Assembly (NCBI RefSeq): GCF_016592615.1
Contig: NZ_AP013043.1
Location: forward strand, 210,001 to 242,000
Length of the DNA: 32,000 bases
Source of the DNA: Isorropodon fossajaponicum endosymbiont JTNG4
GTDB taxonomy: Bacteria > Pseudomonadota > Gammaproteobacteria > PS1 > Pseudothioglobaceae
Direction: 5' to 3'
The notes beneath the pieces were generated by a model. It saw only the letters and a program-made list of their open reading frames with translations. It made no database searches and had not been told where the DNA came from. This document shows positions 9,497 to 19,758 of the stretch, piece after piece (position 1 is the stretch's first letter; the number at the start of each line of letters is the position of its first letter). The position numbers were made by a program, and so were the translations under genes.

Positions 9497-10444
9497 ATGA
9501 AACGCACCGCTGATGAACAACTAGCCGATATTGCACAAGAATTTGTACGCCAAAATAAGTCTAAACGTCGTTGGCGTATTATATTTAGCCTATTATTTGT
9601 TGGTTATTTTGCTTTTGTGTCTTATATTGGCGTGAGTGAAAGTGGACTATTAGACACCGTACTTAAAAAAGAATCCCTTTTTGTTGCTGAAGTGGTGTTA
9701 AGTGGCACCATTCAAAGTTCAGGTTCAATTGATGCTGATGAAGCTATTGAATTGTTGCACAGTGCATTTGAGTCAGAAAATGCAAAAGCCGTTATTTTAA
9801 GAATTAATTCACCAGGTGGCTCACCTGTACAATCCAGTAGAATTTACAAGGCCATTGTGCGTTTTAAAAAGCAGTTTGATAAAAAAATCTATGTGGTTAT
9901 TGAAGATGTTTGCGCTTCAGGTTGTTATTATATTGTTTCAGCTGCTGATGAAATATATGCTGATGAGTCTTCAATTATTGGTAGTATTGGCGTGGTTATG
10001 TCCAGTTTTGGCGCAGTTGATGCTATTCAGAAATTAGGCATTAAAAGACGACTCTATACCGCAGGAAAATATAAGGGTTTGTTAGACCCTTTTTCTCCAG
10101 AAGATGAAAAAACATTAATGCACATTCAGACCAACATTTTAGATAAATCGCATCAAAATTTTATTAATGCCGTTAAAGCAGGCAGGGGTAAAAGATTGTC
10201 AAAACATAAAGATTTATTCACAGGTTTGATTTGGCTTGGACAAGACGCTAATAAACTAGGATTAATAGATGGCATTGCAGACGCGAACTATATTGCTAAA
10301 CATATTATTGGTATTGACTCAAGAATTTTATTTGAAAAAGAAAAGACTCTGTTGGAGCAACTAACCGAGGCAAGTGTTAAAGGTATTGCATTGGCAATTA
10401 GCGATAGGTTAATATCTCAAAGCCCCATTGGCTCTTTACAGTAA
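9497..10444 (+). CDS. S49-family signal peptide peptidase (SppA 36K / SohB-like)
   Basis: 315 aa with an N-terminal TM helix and the motifs 'INSPGGSPVQS' and 'CASGCYYIVSAADEIYA' typical of S49 peptidases. Confidence 0.85.
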   Translation: MKRTADEQLADIAQEFVRQNKSKRRWRIIFSLLFVGYFAFVSYIGVSESGLLDTVLKKESLFVAEVVLSGTIQSSGSIDADEAIELLHSAFESENAKAVILRINSPGGSPVQSSRIYKAIVRFKKQFDKKIYVVIEDVCASGCYYIVSAADEIYADESSIIGSIGVVMSSFGAVDAIQKLGIKRRLYTAGKYKGLLDPFSPEDEKTLMHIQTNILDKSHQNFINAVKAGRGKRLSKHKDLFTGLIWLGQDANKLGLIDGIADANYIAKHIIGIDSRILFEKEKTLLEQLTEASVKGIALAISDRLISQSPIGSLQ

Positions 10445-10581
10445 GTAATTATTAGAACTTATACTAAGGTGTTTTTGTATTGACCACTTTTTCATTGCTA
10501 GTACTATTTTCTAAATGATTTGCAAATTTACGAATGGGTTTTTTGGCTGTTTAGCGTAACCCTCTAATACTTTAACTTCAG

Positions 10582-11007
10582 CTAATGCTTTTGCTTTAGC
10601 AATTTCTCCTCTTTTTCATCGCTAATACGTTTGTTTTCTGCCTCTTTTTCTTTATCAGTGAGTTGTAATAATGAGCTGATACCAGTTGTGTTAATATGTA
10701 TCAGTGCGTCATCATCAAATGTTAGTACTAAGCGATAGTGAATGTCATCCTTTTTATGCAAAGTAGAGTGGTTAATGTAGTCCCATTGGTTATTGTGAAA
10801 GGAGTCAATAATGCTTGGTGATCCAATTAAATCTTGTACCTGTATTTTAGACATGTCTAACTTCAATTGATTAATTTTAAACCTTTCCAGCACCGAGCCT
10901 TGGTGGATATCATCTTTATACGGTGTCAGTAATGACATGTCTGGCATTTTAGGTAAACATGCAGATAGGAATGGTAATAAGAATACAATCAAAGTTAATT
11001 TGTTCAT
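10582..11007 (-). CDS. bamE: Outer-membrane assembly lipoprotein BamE (SmpA/OmlA) with a charged C-terminal extension
   Basis: 141 aa with lipobox 'LSAC' and an SmpA/OmlA-like core ('LKLDMSKIQVQDLIGSP'). It is divergent from fur, the conserved omlA-fur arrangement. Confidence 0.7.
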   Translation of the reverse strand: MNKLTLIVFLLPFLSACLPKMPDMSLLTPYKDDIHQGSVLERFKINQLKLDMSKIQVQDLIGSPSIIDSFHNNQWDYINHSTLHKKDDIHYRLVLTFDDDALIHINTTGISSLLQLTDKEKEAENKRISDEKEEKLLKQKH

Positions 11008-11072
11008 TTGCTAGTTTTTGATTTAAAATGATTTAAAAAATAATAACTAATTTTACATTAAGGATATTAGAC

Positions 11073-11480
11073 ATGGACGCTCAAGATTTAAAAAGTGCAG
11101 GGCTTAAAGTCACACTACCAAGGCTAAAGATTTTGGAAATTTTAGAAACCAGTGAAGATCATCATATGAGTGCTGAAGATATCTATCGCACTTTAATCAT
11201 GCAAGGTGAAGAAGTGGGCGTGGCGACAATTTATCGAGTGCTTACTCAATTTGAAGAAGCAGGTATGGTTAATAAACTTAATTTTGACAATGGTCAAAGT
11301 GTGTTTGAGTTATCAAATGTGGATCATCATGATCATTTAGTGTGTGTCAAATGTGGCAAAATTGATGAATTTGCTGACGAGGTCATTGAGCAGCACCAGC
11401 ATGATATCGCCAACAAATATGGCTATCAACTTACTGATCATTGTTTGTATTTATACGGGCTTTGTAAAGACTGTCACTAA
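11073..11480 (+). CDS. fur: Ferric uptake regulator Fur
   Basis: 135 aa, collinear with E. coli Fur ('AGLKVTLPRLKILE', 'HHMSAEDIYR', 'ATIYRVLTQFEEAGMV', 'HHDHLVCVKCGKIDEF'). Confidence 0.92.
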   Translation: MDAQDLKSAGLKVTLPRLKILEILETSEDHHMSAEDIYRTLIMQGEEVGVATIYRVLTQFEEAGMVNKLNFDNGQSVFELSNVDHHDHLVCVKCGKIDEFADEVIEQHQHDIANKYGYQLTDHCLYLYGLCKDCH

Positions 11481-11486
11481 TCCATT

Positions 11487-12275
11487 GTGCAGGATTTTAT
11501 TTTTAGAGCCGTTCTAGCGGCTATTGGTATTTCAATTATTGCAGGTTCATTAGGCTGTTTTGTTATTTGGAAGCGCATGAGTTATTTTTCAGAATCTATT
11601 TCGCATTCAGCACTTTTGGGTGTGTCTTTAGGGCTTGCTAGTGGCTTAGGTATTCATCTTGGTCTAGTGATAGTGGGTGTGATATTTGCAATACTTATTG
11701 TCATTTTGCAGCGAAGACAATTTTTATCTAATGATGCTATTTTGGGTATTTTTTCACACATTGCCTTGTCATTAGGTATTGTTGTTTTAAGTTTTATCGG
11801 CAATGCTAATACGGATTATTTTTCACTCTTATTTGGCGATATTTTGTCTATTACGAATGCTGATATTGTTTGGGTGTATGTCATTTTAATGATACTTGGC
11901 TCACTGCTCATTATTTTTTGGCAGCGTTTATTATTATTAACCTTAAATGAAGAGTTGGCAGTTGCACAAGGGCTTAATCGAGATTTTTATCAGTTGTTAT
12001 TTATGTTGATGATCGCATTAGCTGTTTCTGTTTCAGTGCAAATTGTGGGTGTGCTTTTGATTACTTCTTTGCTGATTATTCCACCAGCTATTGCCAGAGT
12101 ATTTTCTAATACCCCTAGTGGTATGGTATTTCAGTCAGTTATTGTTTCTATGGTTGCAGTTGGTATTGGTCTTAGTGTTTCAATAGTTTATGATTTAGCC
12201 ACAGGACCGGCAATTGTGATTGCGTTGGGTGGATTGTTTATATTATCACAACTCGTGTATAAAAGATCAGCTTAG
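11487..12275 (+). CDS. znuB: Zinc ABC transporter permease ZnuB (ABC-3 family)
   Basis: 262-aa polytopic membrane protein with a ZnuB-like pattern ('[15 protein letters not shown]', 'GDILSIT'). GTG start 6 nt after the fur stop. Confidence 0.8.
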   Translation: MQDFIFRAVLAAIGISIIAGSLGCFVIWKRMSYFSESISHSALLGVSLGLASGLGIHLGLVIVGVIFAILIVILQRRQFLSNDAILGIFSHIALSLGIVVLSFIGNANTDYFSLLFGDILSITNADIVWVYVILMILGSLLIIFWQRLLLLTLNEELAVAQGLNRDFYQLLFMLMIALAVSVSVQIVGVLLITSLLIIPPAIARVFSNTPSGMVFQSVIVSMVAVGIGLSVSIVYDLATGPAIVIALGGLFILSQLVYKRSA

Positions 12276-13358
12276 ATCATCATTCAATTCTGTTAATTGA
12301 TTGGTTTGTTGCTCAACGATTAATGGCTCAATAATTGCACTTAAATCACCTTCCATAATTTCTGAAAGTTTATATAAGGTTAGGTTGATGCGGTGGTCGG
12401 TAATACGATCTTGAGGATAATTATAGGTACGAATGCGCTGTGAACGGTCGCCACTACCTATCAATTCCTTGCGAGTTGATGCTTGTTGTTTGTGCTGTTC
12501 TTGTTGTTGTACATCAAGAATGCGTGATGCCAATACTGACAAAGCTTGAGCTTTATTTTTATGTTGCGAGCGACCATCTTGGCATTCAACCACGGTACCA
12601 GTTGGGAGATGTGTTACGCGTACAGCAGAATCAGTTTTATTAACATGTTGGCCACCTGCGCCACTGGCTCTAAAGGTATCAACACGAACATCACTCATAT
12701 TAATATTAACTTCTTCAATATTTTCAACCTCAGGCATGATGGCAACTGTACATGCCGAAGTGTGTACTCGACCTTGACTTTCAGTTTCTGGTACACGTTG
12801 TACGCGGTGCGCACCAGATTCAAATTTTAATTTTGAGTAAACATCCACCCCGCTAATGCGGGCAATAATTTCTTTAAAGCCGCCATGCTCGCCAAGGCTG
12901 GCACTCATGACTTCTATTTGCCATTTTTGCTTTTCGGTGTAACGACTGTACATTTTAAACAAATCGCCTGAAAAAATACTAGCCTCATCGCCACCTGTGC
13001 CTGCTCTAATTTCAATGATAATGTTTCGAGAATCGTTAGGATCTTTTGGCAAGAGAGATTTTTTAAGCTCTAAATCAAGATGGTCTAAATTTTTTTTAGC
13101 ATCAAGTATTTCCTCTTTGGCCATGGCTTTTATATCCATGTCGTCTTCAAGTAGTATTAATTGCGCATCTTCTAAATTTTTCTGATGTGATAGGTAGGCC
13201 TGAAATTGTTGATTAACTGGGGTTAATTGAGCATGTTCAATAGACAGCTTTGTGAATTTTTTAACGTCACTGGCAACTTCTGGGTCAGATAATATAGCAC
13301 CCACTTCTTCAAGGCGCATTGACAGTCGCTCTAATTTGGCAAGGATAGATGCATTCAT
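12267..13358 (-). CDS. prfA: Peptide chain release factor 1
   Basis: 363 aa. RF1 'PET' tripeptide ('[17 protein letters not shown]') and GGQ motif ('[11 protein letters not shown]'). Confidence 0.95.
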   Translation of the reverse strand: MNASILAKLERLSMRLEEVGAILSDPEVASDVKKFTKLSIEHAQLTPVNQQFQAYLSHQKNLEDAQLILLEDDMDIKAMAKEEILDAKKNLDHLDLELKKSLLPKDPNDSRNIIIEIRAGTGGDEASIFSGDLFKMYSRYTEKQKWQIEVMSASLGEHGGFKEIIARISGVDVYSKLKFESGAHRVQRVPETESQGRVHTSACTVAIMPEVENIEEVNINMSDVRVDTFRASGAGGQHVNKTDSAVRVTHLPTGTVVECQDGRSQHKNKAQALSVLASRILDVQQQEQHKQQASTRKELIGSGDRSQRIRTYNYPQDRITDHRINLTLYKLSEIMEGDLSAIIEPLIVEQQTNQLTELNDDLS

Positions 13359-14608
13359 TATTTTTTAATAGGCGGTATACAACCTTCACATTGGGATAAA
13401 TTTTCAATGGAAGTTTGTTTGATATTTTTAAAGGGTAAATGTAATAGTTTGTTGACTAATTGATCAGCAAGCTTGCGAATAATATCTTCAGAATCAGCAC
13501 CATTTTTTAGTTGTTCGATGGCTTTTTCTAATAGTTCGTCTTTAATTGAGTTTGCACCAAACTGGTAAGATTGTACCATTTGCTCATTAGGCATAGTATT
13601 CAGCCACTGATTAAAGACTTGATTTTGTTTAATGATGATTTCTTGTGCCAAGCCTTTTTCTTTTTCTCTATTGCCAATATTATCATTAACCACTTGTTCT
13701 AAATCATCAATGGTGTATAAATACACATCATCTAATTGACTCACCTCAGGCTCAATATCCCTAGGAATGGCGATATCAAGCATAAATATTGGTTTGTGTT
13801 TGCGCTTTTTTAAAGCACTTTCAATTAAGCCTTTACCGATAATGGGCACTGAAGCTGCTGTTGAAGAAATGATAATATCTGCTTTGTACACAATGGATGA
13901 AAATTGTTTTAAACTGACAGATTGTGCCTGATATAAATGGGCAATTTTTTGTGCATTTTCAATGGTTCTATTGGCAACAATCATCTTCTTAACTCCTTTC
14001 TGGTTAAGATATTGTGCACATAGTTCAATCATCTCTCCTGCGCCGATGAGTAAAACAGTTTGTTCGGATAACTGCTCAAAAATCTTTTCACTAAGTTTAA
14101 CTGCACAATAGGCAATTGAGACGGGTGAAGCACCGATTTGAGTATCGGTACGTACTTTCTTAGCAGTTGAAAATGCATGTTGGAATAGCTTTTCTAATAG
14201 CTTATTCAGGGTTTTGGCTTCTTTTGCTATGTGGTAGGCATCTTTTAATTGGCCTAGAATTTGTGGTTCGCCCAGTACTAATGAATCAAGACCTGTAGCG
14301 ACGTTGCACAAGTGTGTAAGCGCTTCATTGTCTTCAAAATAATTTAAGTAAGCATCGATTGTACCGCGTTTAATATTGTGTGTTTTGGCAAGATAATCAC
14401 TCAACAGCTCTTTAGGGTTTTTATGATTAGAAGCGATGTAAATTTCTACGCGATTACAAGTAGAAAGAATAATGCAGGCATCAATACCGTCAATATGATG
14501 AAGATTATTAAGTGCTTGAGTTAATTTATCTGGTGCAAAAGCAGCTTTTTCTCGCACTTCAACAGGCGCGAGCTGGTGATTAACACTTAAAATTGCAATT
14601 CGCGACAT
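13358..14608 (-). CDS. hemA: Glutamyl-tRNA reductase
   Basis: 416 aa. Active-site '[10 protein letters not shown]', NADP-binding 'LIGAGEM', and the conserved hemA-prfA order with a 1-nt overlap. Confidence 0.95.
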   Translation of the reverse strand: MSRIAILSVNHQLAPVEVREKAAFAPDKLTQALNNLHHIDGIDACIILSTCNRVEIYIASNHKNPKELLSDYLAKTHNIKRGTIDAYLNYFEDNEALTHLCNVATGLDSLVLGEPQILGQLKDAYHIAKEAKTLNKLLEKLFQHAFSTAKKVRTDTQIGASPVSIAYCAVKLSEKIFEQLSEQTVLLIGAGEMIELCAQYLNQKGVKKMIVANRTIENAQKIAHLYQAQSVSLKQFSSIVYKADIIISSTAASVPIIGKGLIESALKKRKHKPIFMLDIAIPRDIEPEVSQLDDVYLYTIDDLEQVVNDNIGNREKEKGLAQEIIIKQNQVFNQWLNTMPNEQMVQSYQFGANSIKDELLEKAIEQLKNGADSEDIIRKLADQLVNKLLHLPFKNIKQTSIENLSQCEGCIPPIKK

Positions 14609-14685
14609 AAATTTAGCAAAGATAACTCAAATAAACGTTTAATTATACCCAAAGGACAAGTTTCACGCTACAATGAGCGGCTTAT

Positions 14686-15201
14686 ATGAAACGAATAATA
14701 ATGACGTGTTTTGCTTTGTTTTTATCAGGCTGCTCAACACTTAACACTCAGCCTACAAAGTTAGCACATCAACAAATTTTGCCGAGTGTTTGGGAAGTAT
14801 ATGGTAGGTTAAGTGTAAGTGTTAATAGTGATACAAAAACATCAGACTTTGAGGTGAGTTTTGACCATCATGACTATAAACTTATATTAAGCACAGCTTT
14901 TGGCTTTGGTCAAATTTTGATTGAGTTTAATCAGCAAAAGCTGTTGGTTAATGATGGGTTAATCAATCTAACTTTTAATCAATGGATGATGAGTGAGATG
15001 GGATGGTACTTGCCTATTGATATTTTGGCAAAGATATTGTTTAAAAATGAGATAAATAGCACCCACCACCATTGGCAGATTGAAATTAGTCGTTATCAAT
15101 TGATTGACGGCATTCAATATCCAAAAGTGATTCGTTTTAATCATCTGAGCAAGCCCATCAAAATCAAACTACTGATTAATGAAGTTAATCAGTTAAAATA
15201 G
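14686..15201 (+). CDS. lolB: Outer-membrane lipoprotein receptor LolB
   Basis: 171 aa with lipobox 'LSGCS' and a LolB-like pattern. It is divergent from hemA, as in E. coli. Confidence 0.72.
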   Translation: MKRIIMTCFALFLSGCSTLNTQPTKLAHQQILPSVWEVYGRLSVSVNSDTKTSDFEVSFDHHDYKLILSTAFGFGQILIEFNQQKLLVNDGLINLTFNQWMMSEMGWYLPIDILAKILFKNEINSTHHHWQIEISRYQLIDGIQYPKVIRFNHLSKPIKIKLLINEVNQLK

Positions 15202-15224
15202 CATAAAAAATTAAGTAATTTAGC

Positions 15225-16253
15225 ATGATAGAAGAAGACTCTTTAGTAGGCGGGCAAGACCAAGGTAATGAAGACTTGGTGATGACTTCAGTGCGTCCAG
15301 ATTCTTTAGAGAGTTATATTGGGCAAGACGATGTTAAGTCACAAATGGCATTGTTTATTAAAGCGGCAAAAAAACGCAAGGATGCACTAGATCACTGTTT
15401 AATTTATGGTCCTCCTGGTTTGGGTAAAACCACATTGGCAAATGTGATTGCTAATCAAATGTCTACAGGTATTAAGCAAACCTCTGGTCCGGTATTGGAG
15501 CGTTCAGGAGATTTGGCAGCAATTTTGACTAAACTTGAACCGTATGATATTTTATTTATCGATGAAATTCATCGTCTTAATCCTGTGGTTGAGGAAATCC
15601 TCTACCCGGCTTTAGAAGATTTTAAATTAGATATTATGGTGGGCGAAGGTGTGGCTGCGCATTCTGTGCAGCTTGAACTACCACCTTTTACGTTAATTGG
15701 TGCTACTACTCGTGCTGGCATGCTAACCTCACCACTTAGAGACCGTTTTGGCATTGTCCAACGTTTGCAGTTTTACAATGTTAAAGATTTAAAAACCATT
15801 GTTGAGCGTTCGGCGGGTATTTTAGGCATTCAAATTGAATCAAAAGGTGCGCTAGAAATTGCCAAGCGCTCTCGTGGCACGCCTAGAATTGCCAATCGTT
15901 TATTGCGTCGCGTTCGTGATTTTGCTGATATCAAGACCAATAGTATAATTCATCAAGCCATTGCCAAAGAAGCACTAACAACACTTAAAGTAGATGAGGT
16001 AGGGCTTGAGCAATTAGACCGTGATTATCTTTCTATTATGATGAATAAATTTTCTGGCGGTCCTGTAGGCTTGGACACACTGGCAACTGCTATTAGCGAA
16101 GAACGTGGCACCTTAGAAGATATGGTAGAGCCGTATTTGATTCAACAAGGTTTTATTATGCGTACGCCACGTGGGCGTAGCGCTACAGACTTGGCTTATG
16201 CACATTTAGGCTTGGCTAATAGCTCAAAAGCGAATGATCTATTTAATCAATGA
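15225..16253 (+). CDS. ruvB: Holliday junction helicase RuvB
   Basis: 342 aa, collinear with E. coli RuvB. Walker A 'GPPGLGKTT', 'FIDEIHRL' and '[18 protein letters not shown]'. Confidence 0.95.
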   Translation: MIEEDSLVGGQDQGNEDLVMTSVRPDSLESYIGQDDVKSQMALFIKAAKKRKDALDHCLIYGPPGLGKTTLANVIANQMSTGIKQTSGPVLERSGDLAAILTKLEPYDILFIDEIHRLNPVVEEILYPALEDFKLDIMVGEGVAAHSVQLELPPFTLIGATTRAGMLTSPLRDRFGIVQRLQFYNVKDLKTIVERSAGILGIQIESKGALEIAKRSRGTPRIANRLLRRVRDFADIKTNSIIHQAIAKEALTTLKVDEVGLEQLDRDYLSIMMNKFSGGPVGLDTLATAISEERGTLEDMVEPYLIQQGFIMRTPRGRSATDLAYAHLGLANSSKANDLFNQ

Positions 16254-16647
16254 GTGCATTAAACATTCGTATTTATTACGAGGACACCGACAGTGGCGGT
16301 GTGGTTTATTATGCTAATTATCTTAAATTTATTGAAAGAGGGCGTAGTGAATTTTTACGAGATTAGGCTTTGAGCAAGATCAATTAATGCATCATCAAGC
16401 AATTATTTTTGCTGTTAAATCACTAAGTGCCGAGTATTTGTTTCCAGCCAAATTTAATGATTTATTAACCGTTCATACCGAAATAGAAAAATCATGGCAC
16501 GCCAGTCTAGTTTTTTCACAAAAAATAATGGGCTTAGAGCAAAATAAGGTATTATTTAAAGCACAAATAACCGTGGCTTGTTTGGATGCAATTAGTTTTA
16601 AATCTTGCGTTATTCCCAGTGCAATTTTGGAGAAAATAAATGGATAA
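16250..16647 (+). pseudogene. ybgC: ybgC (tol-pal-associated acyl-CoA thioesterase) with a single frameshift
   Basis: The ATG overlaps the ruvB stop (ATGA). The N-terminal frame gives '[38 protein letters not shown]' and then hits TAG at 16364-16366. The YbgC sequence continues in another frame as '[35 protein letters not shown]...'. One missing T near 16362-16364 would restore a single ORF. Confidence 0.75.
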
Positions 16648-17308
16648 CAGTTTATCAATTTTTAGCTTAATTCTTAGTGCCGGTTTTGTGGTGCAAGTGA
16701 TGATGTTTATTTTGGTATTGATGAGCATTTATTCTTGGACACTTATCTTGTCAAAAAAGAAAATCCTGATTGATACTAACAAGGATATTAAATTATTTCA
16801 TCAAAAATTTTCAGCTAATGTTGATTTAGAAAAATTAGCACACCAAACACTTCAAAAAGCCACTAATCAAAGTTCAATGGAACGTATTTTTAGCACAGGC
16901 TATCAAGAGCTTACTTACACTATCTCAAATTCTAACCAGGCATTAATAATAGATGCTGAGCGCGCTTATCGCGTTATGAATACTACAGCTAATAACGAAG
17001 TTGACCGCTTAGATAGCGGCTTGAGCATTCTAGCTATGATTGCCTCGTCCAGCCCGTATATTGGCTTATTTGGTACGGTTTGGGGAATTATGCACTCGTT
17101 TATTGGCTTGGCATCAGTTAAGCAAGCAACCATCGCTATTGTTGCTCCTGGTATTGCCGAGGCACTTATTGCAACGGCATTTGGCTTGTTTGCTGCTATT
17201 CCTGCTACCATTGCCTACAATCGTTTAATTTCCCAAGTGGGGTCAATTAACAATAAATATACAGCCTTTGTTGAGCAATTGTTTGTTATGTTCCAAAGAC
17301 AAAAATAG
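16640..17308 (+). CDS. tolQ: Tol-Pal system protein TolQ
   Basis: 222 aa of the MotA/TolQ/ExbB family ('SSSPYIGLFGTVWGIMHSF', 'VAPGIAEALIATAFGL'). Context is ybgC-tolQ-tolR-tolA. Confidence 0.9.
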   Translation: MDNSLSIFSLILSAGFVVQVMMFILVLMSIYSWTLILSKKKILIDTNKDIKLFHQKFSANVDLEKLAHQTLQKATNQSSMERIFSTGYQELTYTISNSNQALIIDAERAYRVMNTTANNEVDRLDSGLSILAMIASSSPYIGLFGTVWGIMHSFIGLASVKQATIAIVAPGIAEALIATAFGLFAAIPATIAYNRLISQVGSINNKYTAFVEQLFVMFQRQK

Positions 17309-17311
17309 ACC

Positions 17312-17764
17312 ATGATTGAATTACCAAAACGCCACAGACCTGTCATAGATGCACAAATTAATATTGTGCCATATATTGATGTGATGTTAGTGCTGTTGGT
17401 AATTTTTATGATGACCACGCCTATTATTGAGCAAGGTATTGAGGTTGATTTACCTTCCGCTGAGGCAAAAATGGTAGATTTCACGCAACAACAGCCTACA
17501 ATCATTACCATTGATAAGCAAGGTAAATATTTCATCAATTCACTTAATGAGGATAATTCTGATGTTGCCAAAGGTGAAAAATTGCCATTAGGTATTATTG
17601 CAGGGCGCGTTAGTGCTCGGCTTGAAATCTATCCACAAATGAAAGTGTTTGTTCGTGGTGATAAACAAGTGGCTTACGGCTCTGTTGTATCTTTGATGTC
17701 TTTTTTACAAAAAAATGGGGTTGATAAGATTGGTATTGTGACTGAATCCCCAGGTGCAAAATAA
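17312..17764 (+). CDS. tolR: Tol-Pal system protein TolR
   Basis: 150 aa of the ExbD/TolR family ('INIVPYIDVMLVLLVIFMMT'). Confidence 0.87.
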   Translation: MIELPKRHRPVIDAQINIVPYIDVMLVLLVIFMMTTPIIEQGIEVDLPSAEAKMVDFTQQQPTIITIDKQGKYFINSLNEDNSDVAKGEKLPLGIIAGRVSARLEIYPQMKVFVRGDKQVAYGSVVSLMSFLQKNGVDKIGIVTESPGAK

Positions 17765-18645
17765 TGAACATTGATTTTTTAAAAAGAATTAAACTGCCTA
17801 AAATTGCCAGGCAACACCCTTTTGCTTTTTGGGTGGCAATTGTGCTTCATGTTGGGTTGGTTATTGGCTTGTTATTTTCAAATGTTCAACGTTGGGAAAT
17901 TCCAAAACAGACTGCCAAATCAAGCGTGACACCTAAAGCAGTGACGATTGATTTAACTGAAATTAAAAAAGAAAAACAACGATTAATCAATATTAAGCAA
18001 AAGCGAGAAAAGCGCCTTGAAGCGTTACAACGCGCAGAAAAAAAAGTTGAGAATGAGCGTTACAAAGAACAGCAGCATTTGAAAAAACTCAAAGCAAAAG
18101 TTAAACAAGAGAAAAAAGCCAAAACCACTGCTGAAAGAAAAAGAAAAGAGGCCGAGAGTAAAAGTAAGCAAGCCTTAAAGAAAAAGAAATTGGCTGAGAA
18201 AAAAGCCCTTGAAGCTGAAAAGAAAAAACAAGCAATTGAAAAGTTACGTCAAGTTGAAGCTAAAAAATTCAAAAAAGAACAAGATAATCGTTCATTGAAA
18301 AAAGAGATTCAGGCTGAAGAAGACCAGGATAGACAACTGGCTCAAGAGGATATTTTAAATGAACTAAAGCTTAACTATATCAATCAAATTGCCTCAAGAA
18401 TAAAAGAAAAGTGGCGTTATCAAAGCGCGAAAGATAGTTGGGGTTGTGACGTTGAAATTTTGCAAGATTTGAATGGGCAGGTAAAAAGCGTCAATCTTAA
18501 ATCTTGTAATGTTGATAATAGTGCTAAGGCGCAATCATTTAAAGACTCAATTGAGCGCGCTGTTTATAAAGCGTCGCCATTACCAGATGCGCCTGATAAG
18601 AGTGTATTTGATGCGCAAGTCTTGTTTCACTTTAAGGTCAATTAA
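17764..18645 (+). CDS. tolA: Tol-Pal system protein TolA
   Basis: 293 aa. N-terminal TM anchor, a long Lys/Glu/Ala-rich helical linker and a C-terminal TolA-III-like domain. Its position after tolR supports the call. Confidence 0.75.
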   Translation: MNIDFLKRIKLPKIARQHPFAFWVAIVLHVGLVIGLLFSNVQRWEIPKQTAKSSVTPKAVTIDLTEIKKEKQRLINIKQKREKRLEALQRAEKKVENERYKEQQHLKKLKAKVKQEKKAKTTAERKRKEAESKSKQALKKKKLAEKKALEAEKKKQAIEKLRQVEAKKFKKEQDNRSLKKEIQAEEDQDRQLAQEDILNELKLNYINQIASRIKEKWRYQSAKDSWGCDVEILQDLNGQVKSVNLKSCNVDNSAKAQSFKDSIERAVYKASPLPDAPDKSVFDAQVLFHFKVN

Positions 18646-19037
18646 TGGATATTTCCAAGTTAGATGACAAGACTCAGTCAAAGCTTACTTTTCAGTTGTC
18701 TCAAATCTTAGAAAATTGGCATTTAGAAGATGTTGAGCAACTTAAATTATTAGGCTTAGACGGGCTTATTAAGCCTAGACATTTGTACCTATACAGGCGT
18801 TCAGATAAGTCGTTTGATTTTGATGAGCAATTAGCAAAACGCACTGAAATGATTTTAGGAATTAGTGAGTCTTTGGGTACAACTTTTCCAACCAATAAAG
18901 AATATGGGGCAATTTGGCTTAAGCGTTCAGTTAAAAATTTTAAGCATAAAACACCACTGGAACTTATGTTAAGTGGCGATACTGGTATGCTGCGCGTTTG
19001 GCATTTTTTGGATTGCACACAAGGGTGGAAAAATTGA
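18645..19037 (+). CDS. DUF2384 (Xre/MbcA/ParS-type antitoxin C-terminal domain)-like protein with no partner toxin
   Basis: 130 aa. The C-terminus 'AIWLKRSVKNFKHKTPLELMLSGDTGMLRVWHFLDCTQGW' fits the DUF2384 pattern (W-L..p...l.g.TPLeLl.t..G...V...L). Its start overlaps the tolA stop. Confidence 0.5.
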   Translation: MDISKLDDKTQSKLTFQLSQILENWHLEDVEQLKLLGLDGLIKPRHLYLYRRSDKSFDFDEQLAKRTEMILGISESLGTTFPTNKEYGAIWLKRSVKNFKHKTPLELMLSGDTGMLRVWHFLDCTQGWKN

Positions 19038-19735
19038 ATAAAATTGAGATTAAGGCTCAAACTGAGACACTTTATACACTCAAAGTACACGCCAATGATA
19101 CCGATACATTGGCACAAGAAATTAGTACTTTGAGTTGTGATAATGGACAAAAATTTCAGCATGCACCTGTTATTCTTCAAATTGAAGATAAAAACTTATC
19201 TGCAAATGAATTGGCAGTGTTGGTTGAAATTTTGACGCAAAATGATATGGTGGTAGTAGGAATTCGCTCAGACAAGCAAGAGTTGATTGATTTTGCTAAG
19301 TTTTCTGGTATGGCTGTATTTGGTAAGCCGATCAAGCCCAAAAAAACCAAGTCAAGCCAAGAAAAAACAACTAAAACCACGCCAAATTCACACCAGAATA
19401 AAGTCTATCAAGCGCCTAAAGTTGTGGCTGATGAAGTGAATTCATTTGAACAAGTTATTGCAAAAGACAGCAACTTGGTTCTTTTGAATGACGTTAAATC
19501 GGGTGCTGAAATTATGTCATTTGGCAATATTTCAGCTTACAAAGAAGCGCAAGGGTCTTTGTTTGCTGGCATTAATGGTGATGAAAAAGCCACTATTTTT
19601 ATTCAGTCTTTCAATGCGCAATTAATCTCCATTGCTGGTATTTATAAGCGATTTGATACTGTGCCAAGCAAATTATATGCACATCGGGTAATGATTGATT
19701 TATTGGCTGGCAAGCTAAGATTTCAAGTTATTTAA
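19034..19735 (+). CDS. minC: Septum site-determining protein MinC
   Basis: The C-terminal beta-helix reads '[52 protein letters not shown]' and the N-terminus has a 'HAPVIL' motif, as in E. coli MinC. The most likely start is TTG at 19034, preceded by GGGTGGA and overlapping the upstream TGA as TTGA. That gives 233 aa. The ORF-track start at 18998 lies inside the upstream gene. Confidence 0.8.
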   Translation: MNKIEIKAQTETLYTLKVHANDTDTLAQEISTLSCDNGQKFQHAPVILQIEDKNLSANELAVLVEILTQNDMVVVGIRSDKQELIDFAKFSGMAVFGKPIKPKKTKSSQEKTTKTTPNSHQNKVYQAPKVVADEVNSFEQVIAKDSNLVLLNDVKSGAEIMSFGNISAYKEAQGSLFAGINGDEKATIFIQSFNAQLISIAGIYKRFDTVPSKLYAHRVMIDLLAGKLRFQVI

Positions 19736-19758
19736 GTCAAACATACTCACAAACCCTT

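Noticed and set aside
11008-11072. Possible Fur box (aaaaataataactaatttt) in the bamE-fur intergenic region.
   Set aside because: It matches only about 11 of 19 positions of GATAATGATAATCATTATC, in a region that is almost pure A/T. This is indistinguishable from background.
17950-18330. Repetitive A/G-rich DNA that looks like a tandem repeat array.
   Set aside because: It is in frame within tolA and encodes the Lys/Glu/Ala-rich domain II linker. This is low-complexity coding sequence, not a DNA-level repeat element or CRISPR.
18701-19180. 159-aa ORF antisense to the DUF2384-like gene and minC. Similar antisense ORFs occur at 17215-17571, 20601-20933, 29019-29303 and in other track entries that overlap strong genes.
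   Set aside because: They lie entirely opposite genes with clear homology-type motifs. They have odd Cys/Ser/Leu-rich composition, no SD and no recognisable domains. They are typical shadow ORFs of AT-rich DNA.
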